Source: Eledone cirrhosa
Taxonomy: Eukaryota
Direction of reading: 5' to 3'
Assembly (NCBI GenBank): GCA_964016885.1
Contig: OZ024743.1
Span: 164,362,001-164,426,000 of the forward strand
Length of the DNA stretch: 64,000 nucleotides
In this document: piece after piece, positions 37,501-51,711 of the stretch
Numbering within the stretch: position 1 is the first letter of the stretch
Layout of the letters: each line of letters opens with the position of its first letter
Notes under the pieces: generated by a model
What the model was told of the DNA's origin: nothing
The model's input: only the letters and a program-made list of their open reading frames with translations
Databases searched by the model: none
Program-made: the position numbers and the translations under genes

Positions 37501-39279
37501 GACGATTAAGTAAGTAATCTTATTATTATGCGACTATATATTCTATACGATGAGTACAATGAATTATGCAAAGGTGATACATGAGTTAGGAGTTTCTGTG
37601 TTGCTTGATGACCTGATTGGTATCTTTTGACGAGAGAACTGGTCCCCGGACCACCCTGGTGATATTTGAATTAGCCGGGGATGCAGTCATACAATGACCC
37701 GAAACTTGCCGGGAGTCTTGTATGATAATAAGACCATTATTAGTAATAAGACCCTTATTAGTAGTGAGACCCGTATAATTAATTTTGAAGTCTGACTCTT
37801 CTTATAGATTGTCCAGGTGTGGCACTCCATATTAGATTGTAATCATCATGATATGAACTCCTTTAGTACTTATTAATAGACTCCACTCTAATTTGTAGAT
37901 AAGATACCTAATTTAATTTATATATGAGATGGGAGTTTATGTATTACTTGATGGCCAGACTGGTGTCTTTATATGAGAGACTTGATCTCCAGACCACCCT
38001 GGAGATATTCAAACTTGCCAAGGATTCAGACATACAATGACCCAGAGCTTACCGGGAGTCACATATAAAATAATAGGACCATGCCAGGTCCTGCGGGTGG
38101 AACTACACTTACAAAGAACATTGATTTGGGGGTCTGACTCTTCTTATAGAATGTTCAGATATGACACTCCTTAATAGAAGGTAATCATCTTGATATATAC
38201 ACCTTTAGTACTTCTTAATAGACAACACTGTAACATATAGATACGTAACATAATCTAGAAATTAGTTATAGCAGCATATGATAGGCACTTATTTGAAACA
38301 CCATTAATGTAATTTAGGATAATAAATTTAACTAAGAAAACCAGCTAGTTACCTCCCCTTACGCATTAACTCCCCTTGGTCACACACACACTTCTGGAAT
38401 ATAATATCATCTCACAAAACTAAACAACATGATCTATTAATTAAGAATCGACAAGATACGGTTTATAACTTGGTTATATGCTGAACCATCGTGAATTATA
38501 TGATAGACCCGTGGTCTATGTATTGCGTCTCATGGATTATGTGAGTGGTGGTGTGCGCGAAGACAGTGGTACTGTTTTGCCTACGATATAATATGTTTTA
38601 TAATATGTTTGATATTTTTGATATTTTGGTGTTTCTCCACATTCGGGATTGTATATCACACAGGTGTATGCGAAAAAATGATTTAATAATTCAGCCCACA
38701 TAATAATATCGATTGCCTTCTTCAACTGCCTGACCCTGCAAGTAACAATCTGCCGCACTCTAATCCTGTATAAATAAAACGCGTGCATGCTACACGTGAG
38801 ATTGTTTCATACACTGACTACTCTAAACTTTCCTCTTGCTTTATCTTCATAAACTGCCAATGCTTCATTTTTATTTTTATCTTTATCCTTTAACCTTTAT
38901 ATGTAAATTGCCATGCTATATCATTTTGATGGATGTCATCCCACTGTGGGTCAATATGTGCATATGTTTTTATATGTCTCTTGTGTTGAAAAGGAGGTCA
39001 AGTATGTTATAGATCACTAAATAGTTGCTCCGAAGAATCCAAACCTCGGTTTGGAGGAAACAATTGTAAGCAAATAAATGATTTAAACTGAACTTTGATT
39101 ATTGTAATCTCTATATAACTGCTCTGTAAAACAACCTATGTTATTACATTGAGCTATTTATCTTACTGGTAATGAGATAGTAATTAATGACTATCTTTCA
39201 CTATTTAAGGTTTGTATAAAAAATATATAACCATAAAAGGTTTTATTACATACATAACCATAAATAGTATCCTTAATAC
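34576..39279 (+). mobile_element. Penelope-like family Y, full-length decayed copy
   Basis: ORF pieces 34791-37232 match the intact ORF at 56373; ~165-bp direct repeats 34576-34743 and 39112-39279. Confidence 0.9.
39025..39073 (+). ncRNA. Variant type I hammerhead (CCGAAGA core)
   Basis: TTGCT-CCGAAGA-A-TCCAAAC-CTCG-GTTTGGA-G-GAAAC-AATT-GTA-AGCAA. Confidence 0.78.
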
Positions 39280-39388
39280 ATATATATATATACATATATA
39301 TATACATACATACATATACATACATATATATATACATACATACATACATACATACACATACATATATATATATATATACATATATATA

Positions 39389-40104
39389 TCATCATCATCA
39401 TCAACGTTTAACGTCCGTGTTCCACGCTTGCATGGGTTTGGACGGGGGTAGTCCCACTTGAGGCAAGAGTGATTGTCTTGCTCGCATAGGACCGTCTGGC
39501 AGGTTTTCTACAGTTGGATGCCCTTCCTAACACCAACCACATTTACAGTGTGGGTCTGGGAGGTTTTTACCGTGTTGCCTACACGGCCACATTACAGCGT
39601 GGACTGTGTGTTTATTTGTCGTGACACCTACACGATCTCATTTGTTTCGGCCTCGATGGCGCGGCACCAACATAACTTTACATAGAACGGGGTGGTGTGG
39701 ATGGGGTGGGGGTGGTGGTGGTGGGACGGGGTGCATTTTGTTAGAGATGCCTACTGGCTGGAGTAGGTTTTACTATATATTTAGGTAAGGCGGGTCTTCT
39801 CTGTTACTGAGTACCGCCAAAGGTCTCGGTCCAGTGACATTGTCTTGGAGAGGTGTAAGTGTGTGATGTCGGAGTTTATCAGCTCGCCCCAGGTTTTTCT
39901 AGGTCTGCCTATTCCGTGACTACCGTCTATCTTTATTGCCCTGCACTTTGTTATACAGCTATCGACTTTCATGCGCATCACGTGTCCATACCAACGTAGC
40001 CTTCTCTCGAGTAAACAACATCTGATCCCTCTTATCTCTAATTTTTTCCTTAGTTCGTTTATGCTTTGACGTTCACGTATATTACTGTTACACATCCAGC
40101 GGAG
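39389..40104 (-). mobile_element. RTE family C, 3' fragment
   Basis: LRWMCNSN...RWYGHVMRM...KTRLT; matches 59717-60435. Confidence 0.9.
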
Positions 40105-40111
40105 TATATAC

Positions 40112-40142
<31 letters not shown>

Positions 40143-40297
40143 CATATATATATACATATACATATACATATACATATATATATATATACATATACATACA
40201 TATATATATATACATATATATATATATACATATACATATATATATACATATATATATACATATATACATATATACATATACACATATACATATATAC

Positions 40298-40346
<49 letters not shown>

Positions 40347-40425
40347 CACATATACATATACACATATACATATACATATACACATATACATATACACATA
40401 TACACATACACATATACATATATAC

Positions 40426-40458
<33 letters not shown>

Positions 40459-40659
40459 CATATATACATATATATATATATACATATATATATACATATA
40501 CACATATACATATACACATATACATATACACATATACATATACACATATACATACATATATATATATATACATATATATATACATACATATATATATATA
40601 CATACATATATATACATATATATATACATACATATATCTATATACATACATATATATAC

Positions 40660-40692
<33 letters not shown>

Positions 40693-40695
40693 CAT
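40105..40695. repeat. (TA)n/(TACATA)n microsatellite
   Basis: Directly visible. Confidence 0.97.
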
Positions 40696-41106
40696 GGTGG
40701 CTGCCAACTCGTTTTCGAGTACGGCCACTACTTTATATCCATGTAGGAGAACCCCTACTGATGCGCTGAACGAGTGTGACTTTTTAGTCCAGCCAGCGAC
40801 TTGAAAGCTCTGGTACAAACACTACACTTGTGACAATTATTGACACATAGTGCTGGGCCCATGGTACCATGTGACGACAAATGCAGAGAGATCTCCAGAT
40901 ATAAAGCAATGCCTGTGCCGTGAAGCTTTTATAGTGAGCAAAGGCACTGCACAAAGCCAGTCCCACTCTCTTAACCAAGATGATATTTACCAAAAAGAAG
41001 AACAAGTCAACATCATTGGATACCATCAGGGTTGCAGGTGTTATATCAGAGTTTTCCTTCTCCTAGAATTCTGCCTTGACAAAGGCTAAGGGGTCATCTC
41101 TCCCGG
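40696..41106 (-). mobile_element. Family D element, copy 3 (5'-truncated)
   Basis: Matches 1071-1480. Confidence 0.8.
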
Positions 41107-41238
41107 GTACATATATATGTATATATATATACATACATATATATATATACATATACACACATATATATACATATACATACATATATATATATACATATAC
41201 ACACATATATATATATACATATACATACATATATATAT

Positions 41239-41862
41239 GGTGGCTGCCAACTCGTTTTCGAGTACGGCCACTACTTTACATCCATGTAGGATAACCCCTA
41301 CCGAAGCGCTGAACGAGTGTGACTTTTTAGTCCAGCCAGCGACTTGAAACCTCTGGTACAAACACTACACCTGTGACAACTATTGACACATAGTGCTAGG
41401 CCCATGGTAGGACAACTATTGACACATAGTGCTGGGCCCATGTGAGGACAAGTGCAGAGAGATCTCCAGATATAAAGCAATGCCTGTGCCGTGAAGCTTT
41501 TATAGTGAGCAAAGGCACTGCACAAAGCCAGTCCCACTCTCTTAACCAAGATGCTATTTACCAAAAAGAAGAACAAGTCAACATCATTGGATACCATCAG
41601 GGTTGCAGGTGTTATATCAGAGTTTTCCTTCTCCTAGAATTCTGCCTTGACTAAGGCTAAAGGGGTCATCTCTCCCGGTGATTTTGGATGGCCATTGACT
41701 CTTAAGAGCTCCTTTGCCCTTTGACAGGTTTTGTTTTTAGTCCTGCAGGATGTCCAAAGTCACCCTCCTCACCAAGAAACCTTGGTGGGGTTGCCAGTTT
41801 AGTCGCCAACGACCCGACCATGAGACAGGTTGTACTGGGATACATGTTACCAGTAGCACCAA
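41239..41862 (-). mobile_element. Family D element, copy 4 (internal ~36-bp duplication near 41375-41442)
   Basis: Matches 1071-1665. Confidence 0.8.
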
Positions 41863-41863
41863 C

Positions 41864-41912
<49 letters not shown>

Positions 41913-41933
41913 CATACATATATATATACATAC

Positions 41934-41964
<31 letters not shown>

Positions 41965-42269
41965 CATACATATATATATATACATACATATACATATATA
42001 TATATACATACATACATATACATACATACATATATATACATACATATACATATATATATATACATACATACATATATATACATACATACATATATATACA
42101 TACATATACATATATATATATACATACATACATATATATATATACATACATACATATATATATATATACATATATATATATACATACATACATATATATA
42201 TATACATACATATATATATATATACATACATATATATATATATACATACATATATATACATATACATAC

Positions 42270-42314
<45 letters not shown>

Positions 42315-42446
42315 CATATATACATATATACATATATATATATACATACATATATATATATACATACATATATATATATATACATACATACATATATATA
42401 TACATACATATATATATATACATACATATATATATATACATACATA

Positions 42447-42487
<41 letters not shown>

Positions 42488-42498
42488 ACATACATATA
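41863..42498. repeat. (TA)n/(TACA)n microsatellite
   Basis: Directly visible. Confidence 0.97.
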
Positions 42499-43794
42499 TC
42501 ACTTTGATGACATTTTGAGAGCCTTGGGAGAGGGTTCCAACACTGATGTTATCTACCTTGATTTCAGCAAGGCCTTTGACAGGGTTGATCATAACATTCT
42601 ACTGAGAAAGCTGTCCAATATTGGTGTCACTGGAAAGCTGCTGCAGTGGATCAAGAGCTTCCTGTCAAACAGAACCCAACATGTTGTAGTTGAGGGAGTC
42701 AAATCAAGCCCAGCCAAAGTCAGTAGTGGAGTCCCACAAGGCACTGTGTTGGGCCCACTTCTCTTCATCATCTATATTAATGACATCACTGACATCATCA
42801 AACACAGCAACATTAAAATTTTCGCTGATGATCCAAGCTCCAAAAGGTCATCAATGGCGTGGATGACCGGATAAGCCTTCAGTCAGACCTACTGGCTGTT
42901 ACCCAATGGGCAGAAAAGAACAACATGTTACTGAACGAAGACAAATTCGAACTGATCCACTTTGGAAAAGAGGATGCTCTGAAACTCCCGTACTCCCTTC
43001 CCTCCGGGGAAACTCTCGTGGCATCTAACAACATCAGAGACTTGGGAGTAACCGTGGACAGCAACATAAGCTGGACCACGCATATAAGCAGCAAAGTTGA
43101 CATGGCCCGCAGAATGTGTTCCTGGATCCTCAGAACCTTCCAGTCGAGAGATTCCCGCACCATTATCCTTCTCTTCTCTACTTTCGCCCGACCACACCTT
43201 GAATACTGTTGTCCACTGTGGTCTCCCCACACGAAACAAAGTATCATGAAACTTGAAGCTCCTCAAAGGGCAATCACGAAAAAGATAGATGGCATGTCAG
43301 ACCTTGACTACTGGGGTCGATTGGAAAACCTGAAACTTTACTCACTCCAACGTCGCCGTGAGCGTTATATTATCTGCATGATGTGGAAAATGTTCCATCA
43401 TCACTGCCCAAATGATGTTGGCATCGCCTTCAAGATACACCCAAGGCTTGGGCCCCGTGCTATCCGTCCCATTCAAAAATCTAAATCGCAACTCATAACA
43501 ACAATACGGCACAATTATTTCACCTCAATCGGCCCTGCTCTCTTCAACATCACACCAGGACACGTCAAAACAGAAACTGACCACACAAAATTCAAGAAGT
43601 CTTTGGACAAATTCCTCCAAGTAATCCCGGACAAACCACCCACACCCGGATATGTCTCCGCAAACAGTAATTCTCTTCTCGAATGGGCCATGGTGCCCAA
43701 ATCCTGAATTGAAAGACTTCGCCAGGTGGTGCTATTAAGTTAGACATGGCCTGGGCCAATACTGGCCAAAACATTTCAAAGTTATTCAAAGTTA
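42499..43794 (+). pseudogene. CR1-like LINE, 5'-truncated RT fragment
   Basis: [33 protein letters not shown] then frameshift, RPHLEYC..LWSP, LYSLQRRRER; tail of TTCAAAGTTA repeats. Confidence 0.9.
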
Positions 43795-43803
43795 TATATA
43801 TAC

Positions 43804-43837
<34 letters not shown>

Positions 43838-44120
43838 ACATACATATATATATATATACATACATATATATATATACATATTTATATATACATATTTAGG
43901 GAGCAGTGGCTGTTAGGGCAAGACGTGTTTTCTTGGGCTCTGCTAGAGTCAGCAGCAACACACAACCACGTGTTGCTACACACACACAAGAGGAAAGAGA
44001 AAATTTAAAATTTATGAGACCAATAGAGATATGTACATTTATATATTTATATCTAGATATTGCTATTATCATTTACAGTCCCTCTGTGTTTAATGTATGT
44101 TCATTAGTATATGTGTTGTT

Positions 44121-44422
44121 ATTTCTGCTTGCATTTTGCATATATACATATATATATCTATATATATGCTTGCGTGGACCCCTCTCAAAAATTCGTTGGA
44201 TTTTCTAATTGGATACCCTAACACTGGATACCAATACTGAATACACCTGAACTTCTACCAGGAAATCTTTCGTTGTCATTTCTGCTTGCATTTTACATAT
44301 ATAGATATATATATCAATGGTTGCGTGGACCCCTCTTAAAGATTCGTTGGATTTTCTAATTGGATACCCCGAAACTGGATACCAATTACTGAATACACCT
44401 GAACTTCTACCAGGAAATCTTT
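44121..44422. repeat. Two-copy ~150-bp tandem repeat
   Basis: ATTTCTGCTTGCATTTT...GCGTGGACCCCTCT...CTACCAGGAAATCTTTC at 44121 and 44278. Confidence 0.9.
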
Positions 44423-45518
44423 CATATCAGTGAAAATTTTCTTTTCTTTGCTTCATATATATATATTATATATACTTGTCCGCCATTGCAAAAGGCCATA
44501 AATTCAAAATTTTGAAGAGAGAGGAAAAGAGAGAAGTGATCTATGAACTTGTAACATCTCACTGACCCCCCCCCCCCCCCGTCACCACACTAACAATAAC
44601 GCCTACACTCGCTCCCCACCATCACCACATTACTTTAAGATCGCTGTCCTGTCCCCTGTTGACATACTGCTGACTCTCTTTTGATGTATGTATGTGTATA
44701 TACATATGTGTATGTGTATGTGTGTGTATATGTATATCTCAGTGGATGCGACCAGATTTCAACACAGCAACAACTACAACAACAACAGCAGCAACACCAA
44801 CAACAACAACAACAGCAACAACACCATCGTCTGTGTTGAATGTGTGTGTATGTATTTGTATATATGCGACAGCAATAACAGCATCAACACCATTGTCTGC
44901 AGCAACAGCAGCAGTGAAATGAAGGACAACAACAACAGTAACAACTACAATAACAACTACAGCACCAACAACTGCCACCACCATCACTGACCATCCACCA
45001 CCACCACGCTGATACCATCCACCACCACCACACTGACACCATCCACCACCGCCATTACCAGCGTAAACAAACAATTATTATTGTTATTGTTATTATATAC
45101 AAGCCGAACTGGACTGGGAAAGGTCAACAGTTGACATGATAGTGATTTTGACGATTTTGACTTTGATTTTGTATCAGTACTGTCGGTAATATATGTATAT
45201 ATATATATATGTTTGTGAGTGGTGTGCGTGATTGTATGCATGAATGAGCGTTGGTATGTGTGGTTGTGGTTTGTATGCATGAGTATTAGTGTGTGAGTCG
45301 TGTCAATAAGTTTGTTTTTTTTTTCTAATGACCATGCTGTAAAATGGAGGGGTAGAGAGGGCCCTTGAGTCTAGTAAGACATCCTCTCTAGTGCTGGTGG
45401 CACAAATAAAAGCACCCAGTCCATGCTGTAAAGTGGCGCTGGTGTTAGGAAGGGCATCCAACCAGTGTATCAATGCCAAAAAGCTTATCAGCACAGCAAC
45501 AAAACAGCATAGAAAAAT

Positions 45519-48500
45519 ATGAAGACGTCGCATCTCAGAGTTGCAACACTTAATGTTGGCACTCTCAGAGGTAGGTCTGCTGAAATAGCGGAGATGCTGG
45601 AGAGAAGGCAGGTGGATGTGTGCTGCGTGCAAGAGGTGAGATGGAGGGGTGCCTCTGTGAGACTAGTCGTAGGCAAGCGTCTTAGCTATAAGCTATTCTG
45701 GGTAGGTAAGGATGATGGGTTAGGGGGAGTAGGCATTTTCCTGGCTGAGAAATGGATCAATAAGACAATAGAGGTAGTTCGAGTTAGTAATCGAATAATT
45801 AAGCTTAGATTAGTTGTAGGTAGGAGACTACTGACAATCATCTCGGTCTATGCTCCCCAAGCAGGCCTAGGCAAAGATGAGAAAGACTGCTTTTATGAGC
45901 AACTTTTGCAAACAACCACAATGACAGAGGACGGAGACATCGTTATGCTAGCAGGAGACTTCAATGGTCATGTTGGACAGCTCCAGGATGGTTACACTGG
46001 GGTACATGGTGGGCACGGTTACGGTTCAAGAAATGAAGAAGGAGTGAGACTTCTTGAATTTTGTGATGCAAGTACATTGACTATTTGCAACACAAACTTC
46101 CAGAAACCTGCCAATCACCTAATAACCTACAAATCTGGTGAGCACATAAGCCAGATTGACTTCCTGCTAGTTAGGCAGCGGGACAGGCAGATAGTGTCTA
46201 ATACCAAGGCATACCCTGGGGAAGAATGTACCCCACAGCATAGGTTAGTTGTTAGTGATATCTCAGTAAGCAAGAGATGGAATGAGACATATAGGAAGGT
46301 GTGGAGAAGAAAGGTCTGGAAGCTAAAAGACCTTTCATTAAAATTCAAATTTAGGAAAGCCCTTCAAGATGTATATGACGAAAAAGAAGACGATTTAGAG
46401 ACGTATGACATAGATAATAACTGGAAGTTCTTACGTGACAACTTGCTGAAGGCTACTGATGAAACCTGTGGCTGGAGCAGAGCTCCAACCAGACAGAGAG
46501 TGACCTGGTGGTGGAACAGCAGTGTAGATAAGGCTATTAGAGACAAAAGACTAGCATGGAAGGCTTGGAATAAGGGTGGGAGTAGGGAAGAATATACAGC
46601 CACTAAGAGAGAAGCTAGACGTCAGGTGTACTTAGCACGCAGGGAGGCAGAGAGTAGGAGGTTTGCCAATGTTCTGCGACGGGAAGATCAGAGGCGTGCG
46701 GTGTTCCACATTGCAAGGCAGTGTGTCAATGCAAATCAGGATGTTGTTGGTGATAAATGTGTCCGGGATGATGCCGGTGTACTTAGTGTCACGAATGACC
46801 AGAAAAAGGAGGCCTGGAAATGTCATTATGAGAGACTGATGAATGTGGAGAACGAATGGGAGAGAGAGAAATTACCCTTGGTAGATCCGACAGAGGGACC
46901 AGCTATTGAGATTGACGAATATAGGGTCCAAGAGGCGATTAGGGAAATGAAAAATGGTAAGGCGGCCGGACCATCGGGAATAGTTGCTGAGATGCTGAAG
47001 GCATCAGGGGACGTAGGCACTAAACTGGTTGCACGCATAATCAATCAGGCTATATATGGTGGTGTCATACCCAAAGACTGGTGCAGCAGTATTCTCATAA
47101 ATTGCTACAAAGGTAAAGGGGATGCTTTGGAGAGGAGCAATTATAGGGGTATAAAACTGATAGATCAGGTTATGAAAGTGGCAGAAAGGATTTTAGCACA
47201 ACTAATTAGAGAAAGGGTCAAACTAGATGAGATGCAGTTTGGTTTTGTGCCTGGGAAGAGTACAACAGATGCCCTCTTCTTGGTGAGACAAATGCAAGAG
47301 AGGTTCTTAGAGAAGAATAAGCCACTATACTTAGCCTTTGTTGACCTAGAGAAGGCCTTTGATAGGGTACCCCGATCTGTCATCTGGTGGTCCCTAAGGA
47401 AGCTGGGTGTTGAGGAATGGCTTGTAAGGACAGTGCAAACCTTGTACAGAGGTACTCTCAGTAAAGTCAGGGTAGGAATGGAGTTTAGTGAGGAATTCCA
47501 GATACAAGTAGGAGTACATCAGGGTTCAGTCCTCAGCCCGCTCTTGTTCATTATAGTCCTCCAAGCCATAACAGAGGAGTTTAAGACTGGCTGTCCATGG
47601 GAACTTCTCTATGCTGACGATCTGGCTCTTATGGCAGAATCAGTAGAGGAGCTAGAGAATAAATTCCGGCTATGGAAACAGCAGTTGGAAGCAAGAGGAC
47701 TGAGAGTAAATCTAGCTAAGACAAAAGTGTTGATGAGTAGAAAAGAGGACAAAACCCTGATTCCGTCAGGGAAATGGCCATGTTCGATATGCAGAAAAGG
47801 AACTGGCATAAATTCTATAAAATGCACACAATGTAGGTCCTGGGTACACAAGAGATGTAGCGGGATAGCAGGCAAACTAACAGGTAGGGAGAAATATGTA
47901 TGCAGTAGATGTACAGGGAAGTTAGACAGTAGAAGTCGCACTGATAGACACATTTTTCAAATGCGAGAGGGCGCTATAGAAGTGGTGGATAGCTTCCGGT
48001 ACCTAGGAGATCAGATTAGCATGGGAGGAGGGTGTTCCGAGGCCATAGTATCTAGAATAAGGACGGGTTGGAAGAAGTTTAGGAAGCTGCTTCCTCTGTT
48101 GACGAAGAAGGGTTTCTCCCTGCGTACGAAAGGCCGGTTGTATGATGCCTGTGTGAGGAGCGCGATGCTGCATGGTAGTGAGACATGGGCAGCTACCGCA
48201 GAAGATATGCGACGGCTGGAGAGAAATGAGGCAAGCATGTTCCGTTGGATGTGCAGTGTAAATGTGCGTGAACGACCCAGCATAAATGTGTTGAGAGAGA
48301 AACTGTGTCTGAGAGGGATAGAATGTAGTGTACGGGAGAGGAGACTGAGGTGGTATGGACATGTGATGCGCATGGAGGATGACCGATGGGTGAAGAAGTG
48401 CCAGGAAATGCCAGTTGAAGGAAGACGTGGTAGAGGTAGACCACGAAAAACATGGGCGGAGGTGGTGAGAACAGACCTCAGATCATTGAAGCTCACGGTG

Positions 48501-48587
48501 GAGATGACGAGGGACCGTGACGAGTGGAGAGATGCTGTGCTGAATAAGACCCGTCCCACCCTTGCAAGCAGGGAAAAGCGGACGTAA
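45519..48587 (+). CDS. Intact RTE-clade LINE ORF (family A): APE endonuclease, RT and PHD-like finger, 1022 aa
   Basis: Uninterrupted ORF; [49 protein letters not shown]; (GAT)n tail directly after the stop. Confidence 0.96.
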   Translation: MKTSHLRVATLNVGTLRGRSAEIAEMLERRQVDVCCVQEVRWRGASVRLVVGKRLSYKLFWVGKDDGLGGVGIFLAEKWINKTIEVVRVSNRIIKLRLVVGRRLLTIISVYAPQAGLGKDEKDCFYEQLLQTTTMTEDGDIVMLAGDFNGHVGQLQDGYTGVHGGHGYGSRNEEGVRLLEFCDASTLTICNTNFQKPANHLITYKSGEHISQIDFLLVRQRDRQIVSNTKAYPGEECTPQHRLVVSDISVSKRWNETYRKVWRRKVWKLKDLSLKFKFRKALQDVYDEKEDDLETYDIDNNWKFLRDNLLKATDETCGWSRAPTRQRVTWWWNSSVDKAIRDKRLAWKAWNKGGSREEYTATKREARRQVYLARREAESRRFANVLRREDQRRAVFHIARQCVNANQDVVGDKCVRDDAGVLSVTNDQKKEAWKCHYERLMNVENEWEREKLPLVDPTEGPAIEIDEYRVQEAIREMKNGKAAGPSGIVAEMLKASGDVGTKLVARIINQAIYGGVIPKDWCSSILINCYKGKGDALERSNYRGIKLIDQVMKVAERILAQLIRERVKLDEMQFGFVPGKSTTDALFLVRQMQERFLEKNKPLYLAFVDLEKAFDRVPRSVIWWSLRKLGVEEWLVRTVQTLYRGTLSKVRVGMEFSEEFQIQVGVHQGSVLSPLLFIIVLQAITEEFKTGCPWELLYADDLALMAESVEELENKFRLWKQQLEARGLRVNLAKTKVLMSRKEDKTLIPSGKWPCSICRKGTGINSIKCTQCRSWVHKRCSGIAGKLTGREKYVCSRCTGKLDSRSRTDRHIFQMREGAIEVVDSFRYLGDQISMGGGCSEAIVSRIRTGWKKFRKLLPLLTKKGFSLRTKGRLYDACVRSAMLHGSETWAATAEDMRRLERNEASMFRWMCSVNVRERPSINVLREKLCLRGIECSVRERRLRWYGHVMRMEDDRWVKKCQEMPVEGRRGRGRPRKTWAEVVRTDLRSLKLTVEMTRDRDEWRDAVLNKTRPTLASREKRT

Positions 48588-48610
48588 AATGATGATGATG
48601 ATGATGATGA

Positions 48611-49253
<643 letters not shown>

Positions 49254-50228
49254 ATCATTAGAATAGCGACTGATCTGGAGGAGAGATATGGAATAAAGCC
49301 TGATATAAATCTCTCACCCAGAGAAATCGGAAGATCCTATTCAATGTTCAAACAAGAAAAAAAAATTGACCAATTTACAGAAAAGGTTGTGCATGGATAC
49401 TTGAGGCGTAAAACACAGACCATAGAGGGGATAAACCACTCAAAAAGCCTGGCATGGTGTTCCGACAAGTTTATGACATCACACCTTGAGGGATATCTCT
49501 ATGCAATACAGGAACAAGAACTCCCTACCAAATATCTGCTGCACAAAAGAGGAGGGCCAGCAGCTGACAATAAATGTAGGCTATGTAAAACAAAGATCGA
49601 GGATGTAAGCCATTGTTGCCAGCTGCGAAAGAATGTCATCTCGCTACTACCTCCCCATGAGACACGATGGGATAGCTAGAACTATCTGGAACGCACTTCG
49701 GAAAACAAAATTAACAACAAACGAGGAAGAATATATTGAGACAGATGGCACTAAGGAATACTGGTGGAACCTGAAAATAAAAACTGCCACCAAATTAAAG
49801 CACAACCGGCCTGATATTGTAGTTTGGGACCACACATTGAAAACGTGTTCTGTTGTGGAGATCAGCTGCCCACTTGATGTAAACGTTGTCAGAAAAATAC
49901 AGGAGAAGGAGGACATCTACGGACCATTGATGAGGAGCTTACAAATCCAGTATCCAAGATACACCTTTAGCTTCATACCCATCATTATTGGTGCTACGGG
50001 TTATATACCAACCCGCTTGGACCAAAGTATGACCGAACTTGGATTTGCGGACAAAAAGCGCAGCTCCCTAATTCATCGTCTACAAATGGCTGCGATAGCT
50101 GGCACCTTCAAAATATGCAAAACATTCTTGCGATTCAAGGGATGACAATTTCTTTTCTTTTACAACCTTGCCACCAGGAAGGTGGCCGGTCAAAAAAAAA
50201 TATACTCGAAATTAAGAGAAAGAGAAAA
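49254..50228 (+). pseudogene. R4/Dong-like non-LTR element 3' fragment (CCHC knuckle + restriction-like endonuclease)
   Basis: CRLC...H..C, RHD, RPDIVVWD..VEISCP..K; near-identical to 62932-63905, with a frameshift. Confidence 0.85.
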
Positions 50229-50260
50229 CATATATATATATACATACATATATATATACA

Positions 50261-50292
<32 letters not shown>

Positions 50293-50307
50293 CATACATA
50301 CATATAC

Positions 50308-50388
<81 letters not shown>

Positions 50389-50403
50389 CATATACATACA
50401 TAC

Positions 50404-50439
<36 letters not shown>

Positions 50440-50690
50440 ACATACATATATATATATACATACATATATATATATACATACATATATATATATACATACA
50501 TATATATATATACATACATATATATATATACATACATATATATATATACATACATATATATATATACATACATATATATATATACATACATATATATATA
50601 TACATACATATATATATATACATACATATATATATATACATACATATATATATACATATATATACATATATATACATATATATACATACA

Positions 50691-50768
<78 letters not shown>

Positions 50769-50769
50769 C

Positions 50770-50819
<50 letters not shown>

Positions 50820-50870
50820 ACATATATATATACATACATATATATATACATACATATATATATACATACA

Positions 50871-50939
<69 letters not shown>

Positions 50940-50967
50940 ACATATATATATACATATATATATATAC

Positions 50968-50998
<31 letters not shown>

Positions 50999-51233
50999 CA
51001 TATATATATATACATACATATATATATATACATACATATATATACATATATATATATCCATATATATATATACATATATATATATACATACATATATATA
51101 TATATCCATACATATATATATATACATACATATACATACATACATATATATATATACATACATATATATATATACATACATACATATACATACATACATA
51201 TATATATATACATACATATATATATATATATAC

Positions 51234-51267
<34 letters not shown>

Positions 51268-51293
51268 ATATACATACATATATATATATATAC
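50229..51293. repeat. (TA)n/(TACA)n microsatellite with 18-bp higher-order unit
   Basis: Directly visible. Confidence 0.97.
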
Positions 51294-51402
51294 ATGATGG
51301 CTGCCCCCTCGTTATCGAGTATGGCCATTGCACAATAAAAAAAAAAAATAAATAAAAAAAAAAAAAATAAATAAATAAAAAAAAAAAAAAAAAAGGGAAA
51401 AG

Positions 51403-51435
<33 letters not shown>

Positions 51436-51545
51436 TATACATATATATATACATACACATATATATACACACACATACATACACATACATACATATATAC
51501 ACACACACATACATACACATACACTCACACATATACATTAATAAC

Positions 51546-51594
<49 letters not shown>

Positions 51595-51673
51595 GCAATA
51601 ATATTAATAACGACAACAACAACAATAATATACATATTCATATATATATACACACACACGCACGCACATAAGC

Positions 51674-51711
<38 letters not shown>

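Noticed and set aside
44688-45074. Asn/Thr-rich ORFs as an RTE ORF1
   Set aside because: They derive from CAA/CAC triplet tracts, with no support for coding
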